From Macrostomum hystrix (taxonomy: Eukaryota > Animalia > Platyhelminthes), in assembly GCA_950097015.1 (NCBI GenBank), contig CATNEN010000007.1:9238001-9302000 (forward strand): 64,000 bases of DNA, read 5' to 3'. The notes under the pieces are model-generated. The model was given only the letters and a program-made list of their open reading frames with translations. It had not been told where the DNA came from and did not search any database. Below, piece after piece: positions 11,726-24,189 of the stretch. Made by a program: the position numbers and the translations under genes. Numbering within the stretch: position 1 is the stretch's first letter; every line of letters begins with the position of its first letter.

Positions 11726-14670
11726 TAGACAGACAGCCTTAGACAGCCCTAGACAGCTTTAGACAGCTTTAGACAGCCTTAGACAGCTTTAGACAGCTTT
11801 AGACAGCTTTAGACAGCCTTAGACAGCCTTAGACAGCCTTAGACAGCCTTAGACAGGCTTAGACAGCCTTAGACAGCCTTAGACAGCCTTAGACAGCCTT
11901 AGACAGCCTTAGACAGCCTTAGACAGCCTTAGACAGCCTTAGACAGCCTTAGACAGCCTTAGACAGCTTTAGACAGCCTTAGACAGCCTTAGACAGCTTT
12001 AGACAGGCTTAGACAGCCTTAGACAGCCTTAGACAGCCTTAGACAGCCTTAGACAGCCTTAGACAGCCTTAGACAGCTTTAGACAGGCTTAGACAGCCTT
12101 AGACAGCTTTAGACAGGCTTAGACAGCCTTAGACAGCCTTAGACAGCCTTAGACAGCCTTAGACAGCCTTAGACAGCCTTAGACAGCCTTAGACAGCCTT
12201 AGACAGCCTTAGACAGGCTTAGACAGCCTTAGACAGCCTTAGACAGCCTTAGACAGCCTTAGACAGCCTTAGACAGGCTTAGACAGCCTTAGACAGCCTT
12301 AGACAGCCTTAGACAGCCTTAGACAGCCTTAGACAGCTTTAGACAGGCTTAGACAGCCTTAGACAGCTTTAGACAGGCTTAGACAGCCTTAGACAGCCTT
12401 AGACAGCCTTAGACAGCCTTAGACAGCCTTAGACAGCCTTAGACAGCTTTAGACAGGCTTAGACAGCCTTAGACAGCTTTAGACAGGCTTAGACAGCCTT
12501 AGACAGCCTTAGACAGCCTTAGACAGCCTTAGACAGCCTTAGACAGCCTTAGACAGCCTTAGACAGCCTTAGGCAGCCTTAGTCAGCTTTAGACAGGCTT
12601 AGACAGCCTTAGACAGCTTTAGACAGGCTTAGACAGCCTTAGACAGCCTTAGACAGCCTTAGACAGCCTTAGACAGCCTTAGGCAGCCTTAGTCAGCTTT
12701 AGACAGGCTTAGACAGCCTTAGACAGCTTTAGACAGGCTTAGACAGGCTTAGACAGCCTTAGACAGCCTTAGACAGCCTTAGACAGCCTTAGACAGCCTT
12801 AGACAGCCTTAGACAGCCTTAGACAGCTTTAGACAGGCTTAGACAGCCTTAGACAGCTTTAGACAGGCTTAGACAGCCTTAGACAGCTTTAGACAGGCTT
12901 AGACAGCCTTAGACAGTCTTAGACAGCCTTAGACAGCCTTAGGCAGCCTTAGCTTTAGACAGGCTTAGACAGCCTTAGACAGCTTTAGACAGGCTTAGAC
13001 AGCCTTAGACAGCTTTAGACAGGCTTAGACAGCCTTAGACAGTCTTAGACAGCCTTAGACAGCCTTAGACAGCCTTAGGCAGCCTTAGACAGCTTTAGAC
13101 AGGCTTAGACAGCCTTAGACAGCTTTAGACAGCCTTAGACAGCCTTAGACAGCCTTAGACAGCCTTAGACAGCCTTAGACAGCCTTAGACAGCCTTAGAC
13201 AGCCTTAGACAGCCTTAGACAGCTTTAGACAGCCTTAGACAGCCTTAGACAGCCTTAGACAGCCTTAGACAGCCTTAGACAGCCTTAGACAGCCTTAGAC
13301 AGCCTTAGACAGCCTTAGACAGCCTTAGACAGCCTTAGACAGCCTTAGACAGCTTTAGACAGGCTTAGACAGCCTTAGACAGCTTTAGACAGGCTTAGAC
13401 AGCCTTAGACAGCCTTAGACAGCCTTAGACAGCCTTAGACAGCCTTAGGCAGCCTTAGTCAGCTTTAGACAGGCTTAGACAGCCTTAGACAGCTTTAGAC
13501 AGGCTTAGACAGGCTTAGACAGCCTTAGACAGCCTTAGACAGCCTTAGACAGCCTTAGACAGCCTTAGACAGCCTTAGACAGCCTTAGACAGCTTTAGAC
13601 AGACTTAGACAGCCTTAGACAGCTTTAGACAGGCTTAGACAGCCTTAGACAGCTTTAGACAGGCTTAGACAGCCTTAGACAGTCTTAGACAGCCTTAGAC
13701 AGCCTTAGGCAGCCTTAGCTTTAGACAGGCTTAGACAGCCTTAGACAGCTTTAGACAGGCTTAGACAGCCTTAGACAGCTTTAGACAGGCTTAGACAGCC
13801 TTAGACAGTCTTAGACAGCCTTAGACAGCCTTAGACAGCCTTAGGCAGCCTTAGACAGCTTTAGACAGGCTTAGACAGCCTTAGACAGCTTTAGACAGCC
13901 TTAGGCAGCCCTAGACAGCTTTAGACAGCCTTAGACAGCCTTAGACAGCTTTAGACAGGCTTAGACAGCCTTAGACAGCTTTAGACAGGCTTAGACAGCC
14001 TTAGACAGCTTTAGACAGGCTTAGACAGCCTTAGACAGCCTTAGACAGCCTTAGACAGCCTTAGACAGCCTTGGACAGCCTTAGACAGCCTTAGACAGCT
14101 TTAGACAGGCTTAGACAGCCTTAGACAGCTTTAGACAGCCTTAGGCAGCCCTAGACAGCTTTAGACAGCCTTAGACAGCCTTAGACAGCTTTAGACAGGC
14201 TTAGACAGCCTTAGACAGCTTTAGACAGGCTTAGACAGCCTTAGACAGCTTTAGACAGGCTTAGACAGCCTTAGACAGCTTTAGACAGGCTTAGACAGCC
14301 TTAGACAGCTTTAGACAGGCTTAGACAGCCTTAGACAGCCTTAGACAGCCTTAGACAGCCTTAGACAGCCTTAGACAGCCTTAGACAGCCTTAGACAGCC
14401 TTAGACAGCCTTAGACAGCTTTAGACACGCTCAGACAGCCTTAGACAGCTTTAGACAGCCTTAGGCAGCCCTAGACAGCTTTAGACAGCCTTAGACAGCC
14501 TTAGACAGCTTTAGACAGGCTTAGACAGCCTTAGACAGCTTTAGACAGGCTTAGACAGCCTTAGACAGCTTTAGACAGGCTTAGACAGCCTTAGACAGCT
14601 TTAGACAGGCTTAGACAGCCTTAGACAGTCTTAGACAGCCTTAGACAGCCTTAGACAGCCTTAGGCATGT
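11726..14670. repeat. ~2.9-kb 10-bp satellite (AGACAGCCTT)n with variant units
   Basis: About 290 units; variants AGACAGCTTT, AGACAGGCTT and AGGCAGCCTT recur in set orders. Confidence 0.99.
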
Positions 14671-15224
14671 TCATATAGCCTTTGACAGCTTAATTACAAA
14701 GTCCTTCGTGTGGACAGCCTTGGATAGTCATAGACATCAGAAAGATGAATGCTTTATGCCTTAAGCAGGCCTTTAAAAATCCTAGACGAATCCTGGTATC
14801 CAGGACTACAGAAAAATCGTAGGGATTTTCAGCACTTGCTGCATCAAGAACCTTTGATGATCAGCATTCTACTCGGAGTTAGAGAACTGGATTTTATTTT
14901 ACACTCGAATCCCCAAAATCAAAGACTCCTAACAATAGAGCAATCAACCAACAAGGCCAGCAATCATAGGAACAATGTCCCAATGCCCCCATGGGGATAA
15001 AATCAGCTGGCAAAAGCTCCCAATGAGTTCAATGAAGCGGGATTCTTGACCAGTTCAGATTGCGATCCCAAGTGAGCAGCACTGTCGAAATGTGCAAAAG
15101 AAATTTAAAAAATGTAAAAAACAATTTCTCTACTCTTGCCTTTAAAATCTATTTTCAATAAATTGGCATCCATTTTGTAACTAACTTATATGATCTCAGC
15201 CTCATCTGTTATAATCTCGTCTCA

Positions 15225-15700
15225 TCGGTTAAAATAAAGTCTAATTTGTTATAACCTTGTCTAATTTGTTATAACTTTGTCTAATTTGTTATAACCTTGT
15301 CTTATTTGTTATAACCTTGTCTAATTTGTTATAACCTTGTCTAATTTGTTATAACCTTGTCTAATTTGTTATAACCTTGTCTAATTTGTTATAACCTTGT
15401 CTAATTTGTTATAAACTTGTCTAATTTGTTATAACCTTGTCTAATTTGTTATAACCTTGTCTAATTTGTTATAACCTTGTCTAATTTGTTATATAACTTT
15501 GTCTAATTTGTTATAACCTTGTCTAATTTGTTATAACCCTGTCTAATTTGTTATAACCTTGTCTAATTTGTTATAACCTTGTCTAATTTGTTATAACCTT
15601 GTCTAATTTGTTATATAACTTTGTATAATTTGTTATAACCTTGTCGAATTTGTTATAATCTAGTCTTTTATGTAATAATCTAGTCTAATTTGTTGTCTTC
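15225..15700. repeat. 20-bp AT-rich minisatellite (CTAATTTGTTATAACCTTGT)n
   Basis: Visible tandem units. Confidence 0.96.
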
Positions 15701-15739
15701 TAGTCTCATTTGTTATATTCTAGTCTTATATACTAGCTT

Positions 15740-15890
15740 TAAGGTTAAGGGTTCGATTCCTGACTCCAGTGTTACAATTTGAGTCCATTAGCAAGACAAT
15801 TAACTGAAGTTCTTCAGTTGACCCAGCTATTGAACAGGTACCAGCATCAGCGGGGTTAATTGAGGGGGGATGTGGCTGTTCAATCCCTGA
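15740..15890 (+). mobile_element. Degenerate SINE fragment (B-box plus CORE-like segment)
   Basis: GGTTCGATTCC B-box followed by ...AGCAAGAC...TTCAGTTGACCCAGCT...GGTACCAGCA; a related stretch lies at ~37400-37540. Confidence 0.4.
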
Positions 15891-15893
15891 CTG

Positions 15894-15968
15894 AGATTAG
15901 GGATTAGGGATTAGGGATTAGGGATTATGGATTTAGGGATTTGGGATTGGGGATTAGGGATTAGGGAT
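15894..15968 (+). repeat. Telomere-like (TTAGGGA)n tract
   Basis: About 10 units of GATTAGG/TTAGGGA. Confidence 0.85.
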
Positions 15969-16096
15969 CTGTACGCAGCCTTCAGATGTGCCGCTGCACA
16001 TCTGGCCCGATTTTGGGCAGGTTTAATTAGTTATTATTATTAATATTATTACTATTATTACTATTATTTTCATACATCCTACTATCCATAACTCAG

Positions 16097-16172
16097 GGGT
16101 GAGCGGTAACGCCAAGGTCCATGAGCTCGAATCCGCGGCGAGGCCACATTCATTCGGAGCGCAGTCGCGGCG
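16097..16172 (+). mobile_element. tRNA-SINE 5' head fragment (same family as 27240-27593)
   Basis: GAGCGGTAACGC..GAGCTCGAATCCGCGGCGAGGCCACATTCATTCGGAGCGCAGTCGCGG matches the other copies. Confidence 0.75.
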
Positions 16173-16313
16173 ATCTGTGTGCTCATGGATCAGAGGAATG
16201 GCCGGGTCCATTAGCCACAGCCTCATGCCAACAGTATTGCTATTGAGCACTAGCATATCGCACGGCCCGCTGCCATCACTTGGATTCCAACAGCGACACC
16301 CCAGGCCACTCAC

Positions 16314-16495
16314 CGTCTGCTCTCAGCTTCTACATACGCACAGCTGCGGTCTGGCGAGCGGCTGCAAGACCTGGGACGCGAGCCGGAGCGGGAGCGCGAC
16401 CTCGACGACCTGGCCAACCGCGACCGCCTGGCCTGGTGCTGGTGCTGCCGGTGCTGCTGCCTGGGCTCGTGCAGATGCCGGTTCTGGTGGAACAT
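16314..16495 (-). CDS. Candidate first coding exon (His/Gln- and Arg/Ser-rich), possibly an N-terminal extension of the innexin
   Basis: ATG at 16495 and strong donor CG|GTGAGT at 16314/16313. An upstream 79-nt intron (donor CAG|GTGAGA at 16627, acceptor tttcaccgcag at 16549) suggests a spliced 5' UTR. Its phase-2 end would join the innexin exon in frame. Confidence 0.4.
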
Positions 16496-17248
16496 AGACC
16501 AACCACCAAGCTGGGAGATGCTCTGGCCCGACTTCGCAGCTCAAACTGCTGCGGTGAAAGGATTATCTGGCGTCCTCTGATCCGGATTCTGAGACTCGAC
16601 TGTTCTCACTGTTCTCACCGTTCTCACCTGCGAGACTGGCAGGGCGCTGCAGCTGACGGAGATGAGGCGTATTAGATGGCGAGGTATCCGGGCCATCGAT
16701 TTCTGCGGCTGGCGTTCGCTATTGGCTGCGGCCCGCCTGACGAGTGGGGCCTGGCCTGCCCCCCCCGCTGCTGCTGCTGCTGCTGCTGCTGCTCTCACCC
16801 CGAGGAAGGAAGCAGAATGCGAGAGGGAAACTGGGAAGCTGGGAGAAAACGGTTGCGGGAGAGTGGACTCCAAGAGTAGGACTCAGTCGCTACTCAATTC
16901 TGGGGAGAGTATAATTTATCTGAGTCCAGCTCCGAGAGGGCGGCTTGGCACAACAAATGCTAAAATACTTCCCATCTCGCGGTTCAGTAGTTCGCGCATT
17001 CTTCCCATTGTGTGGCCACGCGCGCGGTGATTGTTAAAAAATGTGAAAAATTGGGATTTTTTTCCCGACCAGTCTGAGAAGCAAACTCAGGTTAGCGGCT
17101 TGAGAGTCGGGAAATTAGGGGGCTTTAATTAGTGTCGGGATGGGATGAAACGGAACCGTGTGTGATTGAGTGGGGTTCTATCTGCCATTGTGTGGGATTA
17201 TAAAGTCTCAAATTTTAACTTAAAAGGATTGAGATGACAGTGAGAAAT

Positions 17249-17821
17249 TCATGTGAGATCAGATGGGTCATGTGAGATCAGATGGTTCATGTTAGATCAG
17301 ATGGGTCATGTGAGATCAGATGGGTCATGTGAGATCAGATGGGTCATGTTAGATCAGGTAGGTCATGTGAGATCAGATGGGTCATGTGAGATCAGATGGG
17401 TCATGTGAGATCAGATGGGTCATGTTAGATCAGATGGGTCATGTTAGATCAGGTAGGTCATGTGAGATCAGATGGGTCATGTGAGATCAGATGGGTCATG
17501 TTAGATCAGATGGGTCATGTGAGATCAGATGGGTCATGTGAGATCAGATGGGTCATGTTAGATCAAATGGGTCATGTGAGATCAGATGGTTCATGTTAGA
17601 TCAGATGGGTCATGTGAGATCAGATGGGTCATGTTAGATCAGGTAGGTCATGTGAGATCAGATGGGTCATGTGAGATCAGATGGGTCATGTGAGATCAGA
17701 TGGGTCATGTTAGATCAGATGGGTCATGTTAGATCAGGTAGGTCATGTGAGATCAGATGGGTCATGTGAGATCAGGTGGGTCATGTTAGATCAGGTGGGT
17801 CATGTTAGATCAGATGGGTCA
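17249..17821. repeat. 19-bp minisatellite (CATGTGAGATCAGATGGGT)n
   Basis: Visible tandem units. Confidence 0.96.
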
Positions 17822-17854
17822 TTCGGAATGAAACAGTCCCGATGGAATCTGGTT

Positions 17855-19510
17855 GGCCCGGTGGGGTAGGTCTGATTCGGTCAGTGGGTTAAAAGGCCCG
17901 GTGGGGTAGGTCTGATTCGGTCAGTGGGTTAAAAGCCCGGTGGGGTAGGTCTGATTCGGTCAGTGGGTTAAAAACCCGGTGGGGTAGGTCTGATTCGGTC
18001 AGTGGGTTAAAAGGCCCGGTGGGGTAGGTCTGATTCGGTCAGTGGGTTAAAAGGCCCGGTGGGGTAGGTCTGATTCGGTCAGTGGGTTAAAAACCCGGTG
18101 GGGTAGGTCTGATTCGGTCAGTGGGTTAAAAGGCCCGGTGGGGTAGGTCTGATTCGGTCAGTGGGTTAAAAGGCCCGGTGGGGTAGGTCTGATTCGGTCA
18201 GTGGGTTAAAAGCCCGGTGGGGTAGGTCTGATTCGGTCAGTGGGTTAAAAGGCCCGGTGGGGTAGGTCTGATTCGGTCAGTGGGTTAAAGGCCCGGTGGG
18301 GTAGGTCTGATTCGGTCAGTGGGTTAAAAGGCCCGGTGGGGTAGGTCTGATTCGGTCAGTGGGTTAAAAGGCCCGGTGGGGTAGGTCTGATTCGGTCAGT
18401 GGGTTAAAAGGCCCGGTGGGGTAGGTCTGATTCGGTCAGTGGGTTAAAAGCCCGGTGGGGTAGGTCTGATTCGGTCAGTGGGTTAAAAGCCCGGTGGGGT
18501 AGGTCTGATTCGGTCAGTGGGTTAAAAGGCCCGGTGGGGTAGGTCTGATTCGGTCAGTGGGTTAAAAGGCCCGGTGGGGTAGGTCTGATTCGGTCAGTGG
18601 GTTAAAAGGCCCGGTGGGGTAGGTCTGATTCGGTCAGTGGGTTAAAAGCCCGGTGGGGTAGGTCTGATTCGGTCAGTGGGTTAAAAGCCCGGTGGGGTAG
18701 GTCTGATTCGGTCAGTGGGTTAAAAGGCCCGGTGGGGTAGGTCTGATTCGGTCAGTGGGTTAAAAGCCCGGTGGGGTAGGTCTGATTCGGTCAGTGGGTT
18801 AAAAGCCCGGTGGGGTAGGTCTGATTCGGTCAGTGGGTTAAAAGCCCGGTGGGGTAGGTCTGATTCGGTCAGTGGGTTAAAAACCCGGTGGGGTAGGTCT
18901 GATTCGGTCAGTGGGTTAAAAACCCGGTGGGGTAGGTCTGATTCGGTCAGTGGGTTAAAAGCCCGGTGGGGTAGGTCTGATTCGGTCAGTGGGTTAAAAG
19001 GCCCGGTGGGGTAGGTCTGATTCGGTCAGTGGGTTAAAAGCCCGGTGGGGTAGGTCTGATTCGGTCAGTGGGTTAAAAGCCCGGTGGGGTAGGTCTGATT
19101 CGGTCAGTGGGTTAAAAGCCCGGTGGGGTAGGTCTGATTCGGTCAGTGGGTTAAAAGCCCGGTGGGGTAGGTCTGATTCGGTCAGTGGGTTAAAAGCCCG
19201 GTGGGGTAGGTCTGATTCGGTCAGTGGGTTAAAAGCCCGGTGGGGTAGGTCTGATTCGGTCAGTGGGTTAAAAACCCGGTGGGGTAGGTCTGATTCGGTC
19301 AGTGGGTTAAAAGCCCGGTGGGGTAGGTCTGATTCGGTCAGTGGGTTAAAAACCCGGTGGGGTAGGTCTGATTCGGTCAGTGGGTTAAAAGCCCGGTGGG
19401 GTAGGTCTGATTCGGTCAGTGGGTTAAAAGCCCGGTGGGGTAGGTCTGATTCGGTCAGTGGGTTAAAAGGCCCGGTGGGGTAGGTCTGATTCGGTCAGTG
19501 GGTTAAAAGG
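17855..19510. repeat. 39/40-bp minisatellite (GGCCCGGTGGGGTAGGTCTGATTCGGTCAGTGGGTTAAAA)n
   Basis: About 42 near-identical head-to-tail units with no spacers; variation is confined to the AAAA/GG/CCC junction. Confidence 0.98.
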
Positions 19511-19939
19511 TGAACTAAAATTGTGATAAAAGGTCTCCATCCCAGGCGGCGAGACTTTTACTAACAGAAAGCAATTCCTGGAAATCGAGCCTTTCATTGC
19601 GGCAGCCCCAGTGAAAAATGGCATCCCAAGCCAGCTGAGCTCACAGCTTTGAGCGGTGCATCTCATCGGGGCCTGACCGAGCCGTCATTGATTGCAAATT
19701 CAGCGGGGCCCGGCGCCCATCAGCAGGAAATTTCTGTTCTTCGGCTGCGCGGGTCGGGGGGAAAATTGTTATTGGCAAAGAAGCTGCTCGTGTTTGCTTT
19801 GCCTAGTGAGCTAGTGCAATAACCGCCAGATCCACTGGGAGTCGGATCTCCCTATCCAGGGGTGGCAGAAAAAAAACTAATATGCAACAGTTAATGCACG
19901 AGGTACATTCTCCGACCTCGAATACATCTGGCTTGGCTG

Positions 19940-20640
19940 CCAATCTACCTATCTAACTATTCTAACAACCTACCAATCTACCGATCTACCGATCTACCAA
20001 TCTTCCAATCTACCAATCTTCCAATCTTCCAATCTACCAATCTTCCAATCTACCAATCTTCCAATCTACCAATCTTCCAATCTACCAATCTTCCAATCTA
20101 CCAATCTTCCAATCTACCAATCTTCCAATCTACCAATCTTCCAATCTACCAATCTTCCAATCTACCAATCTTCCAATCTACCAATCTTCCAATCTACCAA
20201 TCTTCCAATCTACCAATCTACCAATCTACAAATCTACCGATATACTATTCTACCAATCTACTAATCTACCAATCAACCGATCTACCAATCTACTAATCTA
20301 CCGATCTACCAATCTACCGATCTACCAATCTATTAATCTACTAATCTACCAGTCTACTAATCTACCAATCTACCAATCTACTAATCTACCGATCTACTAA
20401 TCTACCAAACTACTAATCTACCAATCAACCAATCTACCGATATACCAATCTACCAATCAACCAATCTACCCATCTGCCAATCTACCAATCTACAAATATA
20501 CTAATCTACCAATCTACCGATCTACCAATCTACCAATCTACCAATCTACTAATATAATCGTCTAACGATCTACCAATCTACCAATCCAGTCGTCTACCAA
20601 TCTACCAAGCTACCAAAGTCTTAATCTACCTTCTACTAAT
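19940..20640. repeat. 8-bp repeat (CTACCAAT/CTTCCAAT)n
   Basis: Visible tandem units. Confidence 0.95.
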
Positions 20641-20937
20641 CTAAAAATCTTTCAATCGAACAACCCATCTGACTCTGCTCTCCTGGATCTTGAATCAGTG
20701 GTAAGGAACTGAATAGTGTTGTTAGAGGAAACTTTCGCTCTATAATCCCAAATACTCACGCCCCTGTGTCCAAGGCCAAGATCAACTTCGCCGCAGTGAC
20801 AAAAAGCTGATTCCCCAATCCGAAGTTCGTGTTTATTTCGGACGAACTGTACAAAGGGCGTGTCAATTTCCAATTTGCCAGCTGTGACTGTAGAACTTTG
20901 TCCGAATTGGCCAGATTGCCCGATAACCTTTTACCAC

Positions 20938-22105
20938 CCGTGTCTCGTCTCTCCCGTGTCTCGTCTCTCCCGTGTCTTATCTCTCCCGTGTCTCATCTCT
21001 CCAGTGTCTCGTCTCTCCAGTGTCTCATCTCTCCAGTGTCTCATCTCTACCCGGTCTCGTCTCTCCAGTGTCTCATCTCTCACTGTCTCATCTCTCCTGT
21101 GTCTCATCTCTCCTGTGCCTCATCCCTCCTGTGCCTCATCTCTCATGTGCCTCATCTCTCATGTGCCTCATCTCTCCTGTGCCTCCTCTCTCCCGTGTCT
21201 CATCTCCCCTGTGCCTCATCTCTCCTGTGTCTCATCTCTCCTGTGCCTCATCCCTCCTGTGCCTCATCTCTCCTGTGCCTCATCTCTCCTGTGCCTCCTC
21301 TCTCCCGTGTCTCATCTCCCCTGTGCCTCATCTCTCCTGTGTCTCATCTCTCCTGTGCCTCATCTCCCCTGTGCCTCATCTCTCCTGTGCCTCATCCCTC
21401 CTGTGCCTCATCTCTCATATGCCTCCTCTCTCCTGTGTCTCATCTCTCCTGTGCCTCATCCCTCCTGTGCCTCATCTCTCCTGTGTCTCATCTCTCCTGT
21501 GCCTCATCCCTCCTGTGCCTCATCTCTCCTGTGCCTCATCTCTCCTGTGCCTCCTCTCTCCCGTGTCTCATCTCCCCTGTGCCTCATCTCTCCTGTGTCT
21601 CATCTCTCCCGTGTCTCATCTCTCCAGTGTCTCGTCTCTCCAGTGTCTCATCTCTCCAGTGTCTCATCTCTACCCGGTCTCATCTCTCCTGTGTCTCATC
21701 TCTCCTGTGCCTCATCCCTCCTGTGCCTCATCCCTCCTGTGCCTCATCTCTCATGTGCCTCATCTCTCATGTGCCTCATCTCTCCTGTGCCTCCTCTCTC
21801 CCGTGTCTCATCTCCCCTGTGCCTCATCTCTCCTGTGTCTCATCTCTCCTGTGCCTCATCCCTCCTGTGCCTCATCTCTCATATGCCTCCTCTCTCCTGT
21901 GTCTCATCTCTCCTGTGCCTCATCCCTCCTGTGCCTCATCTCTCCTGTGTCTCATCTCTCCTGTGCCTCATCTCCCCTGTGTCTCATCTCTCCTGTGCCT
22001 CATCTCCCCTGTGCCTCATCTTTCCTGTGCCTCATCTCTCCTGTGTCTCATCTCTCCTGTGCCTCCTCTCTCCCGTGTCTCATCTCCCCTGTGCCTCATC
22101 TCTCC
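20938..22105. repeat. 16-bp pyrimidine-rich minisatellite (TGTGCCTCATCTCTCC)n
   Basis: Visible tandem units; accounts for three overlapping ~400-aa spurious ORFs. Confidence 0.97.
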
Positions 22106-22751
22106 CCTATCACATAGTTCTTCATTCAACTCGGCCCGCTGACGTCTTTTAGATTCTCTCCTTGGCCCGCTAGCTAATAAGTTTGCCGACTCCTGCAGTC
22201 TGTCTTATCCTTGTGTCTTTTACAGTCTTCCGAGGTTGTTCCGCATCATTCCTATCTACCTAATTACTAGTTGCTAATTGCTATTTAAATACTAGCTTTT
22301 CAATACTTCATATCGCACCACCAGGCTGTCCAGTTAACACAATTTGCAGGGCAATAAAAGCTGCAGTTTCTTGAGCTGGGGGCCCGGTTGTAATTCTTGT
22401 CAGTTGAATGGCTGCGGAACAGCCTGTTTTATTGCTTCCGGCCGCCCCAATCCCGGAACTCTGCCGCATGAGGAATCGCGGAAAACTCCTGTGAGTCTCG
22501 TAAGTTTCAAAACTGGACTATCTTTCTTTAATTAATTATTGACGACCTGGTTTTTCAAAGCAGCAGTTTCTCATATTTTTCATTGTTAAATTTGAAACCA
22601 AGCGGTAAGAATGACGATCTAGATCTTAGTCCTTTATTACCGAGAACCCCGTGTGATTGAACTTCAACGAGTACTTTATTGAATCATTCACAAGAAAACA
22701 ACAAGTCAAAAAAACATTTCTGAAAATTTAACTAATGCTTTCTTTTTTTCT

Positions 22752-23010
22752 GGGCTCAAGGTCAAGTTTAGATCATAAGGGCTCAAGGTCAAGTTTAGAT
22801 CATAAGGGCTCAAGGTCAAGTTTAGATCATAAGGGCTCAAGGTCAAGTTTAGATCATAAGGACTCAAGGTCAAGTTTAGATCATAAGGACTCAAGGTCAA
22901 GTTTAGATCATAAGGACTCAAGGTCAAGTTTAGATCATAAGGACTCAAGGTCAAGTTCGATCATGTGGGCTCAAGGTCAAGTTAAATCAGAAGAGCTCAA
23001 GGTCAAGTTA
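22752..23010. repeat. 27-bp minisatellite (CTCAAGGTCAAGTTTAGATCATAAGGR)n
   Basis: About 8 full and 2 degenerate units. Confidence 0.95.
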
Positions 23011-24189
23011 ATCACAAACTGAGATGACGTTGTAATAATTTATCGCAACTCCTTACTTTTGAGTTAGTGTGTCACCACGTATATTTTTGCTGTCACCCCT
23101 GCACGCTGCATTCATTAACTTGTTATCACCACGTGCATTTAATGTACTCGTTCGTTGCTACATTTGTTGACTTGTAGATCACCACGTGCGTTCAATGTAC
23201 TCGTTCGATATTCCATGATGAATATACTGCTCCGAGAGCTCTTGCAATTTGTCATTCAATCTGAACACAGTCTACAATACAAACGTTCAAGGTTAAGTTA
23301 GGTCACTAGAGCAACCCCGAAGGCATAATGAGAGTGTTATATCAAAAGTCAGGGTCAAGGTCAAGATACACCAAGAGGGTCAAATTTATATTAGATCATG
23401 ATGGTTCAAGAGATCCTAATAAAACTACAATTAAATTTCAAGGCCTTAGTAAAATTCTACAAGTGAGGCTTTGCTGTTGCTCTTACCAGCGCAGTTGACG
23501 ATAATCTGGGGCTATTTAGAACACAACGGTAAAAAATGACAAGTCAGTCGAGAAGCTTATCAGATATCAATTGAAATAAAAGTGTCAATAAAATTCTGAG
23601 GTGTGAAATGGGGAAATTTTGGGTGAAATGTTTATCTCCCTTAAAAAGCTTTTTCTAGCCCGGCCGCTGTGGGCCAAGGCAGGTGGGCCGTTCGGCTCTC
23701 TCACCTGCTCTTCAGGAAAACGCATTTATTTTCAAGCCGAGGCAATGGACGGACAGGTTGACGGGGAAACAGGGCGAAACAGTTCTCCATCATCATGCCA
23801 AATGAGGGCCAGCTGAGGCTCTGGCCTGCTCAAACCTGGCGTGCTCAACAGGTTTCTAGGAAATTGGGAGAGGGGGTAAAAAACCGCGTTGTGCGGCACC
23901 TGAAGCTAAACCGCTGAGTGGGAGCTGAGGTGTGCGGGTCTGGCCGGAGGGTGATAATCCCACCTCGCACCTTCGGCTTTTACCCTAGCTCAGCAGCAGT
24001 GAAGGTTGAGAACAAATTTTATGCTGGGACATGAAGGGCGGTATGGGAATTCTGGCTGACAGTTACCGCAAGAACAAAGTGACAGCTGATATCGACATCT
24101 CCCTGCTCGATTTCGGCTGAAGAATTTCAGTAGAGGGCTTTGAGAACCAATAATAGTTTCAGCTGAGATTCTGACATCAAATCTCTGAT

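Noticed and set aside
17249-17821. E-box/M-box motifs (TCATGTGA, CAGATG) in the 19-bp repeat
   Set aside because: Short motifs expected by chance; no independent support.
17855-19510. CRISPR-like array of ~40-bp repeats
   Set aside because: No unique spacers, no cas genes, eukaryotic context.
20829-22152. Three ~400-aa Cys/Ser/Leu-rich ORFs
   Set aside because: A stop-free 16-bp repeat read in all three frames.
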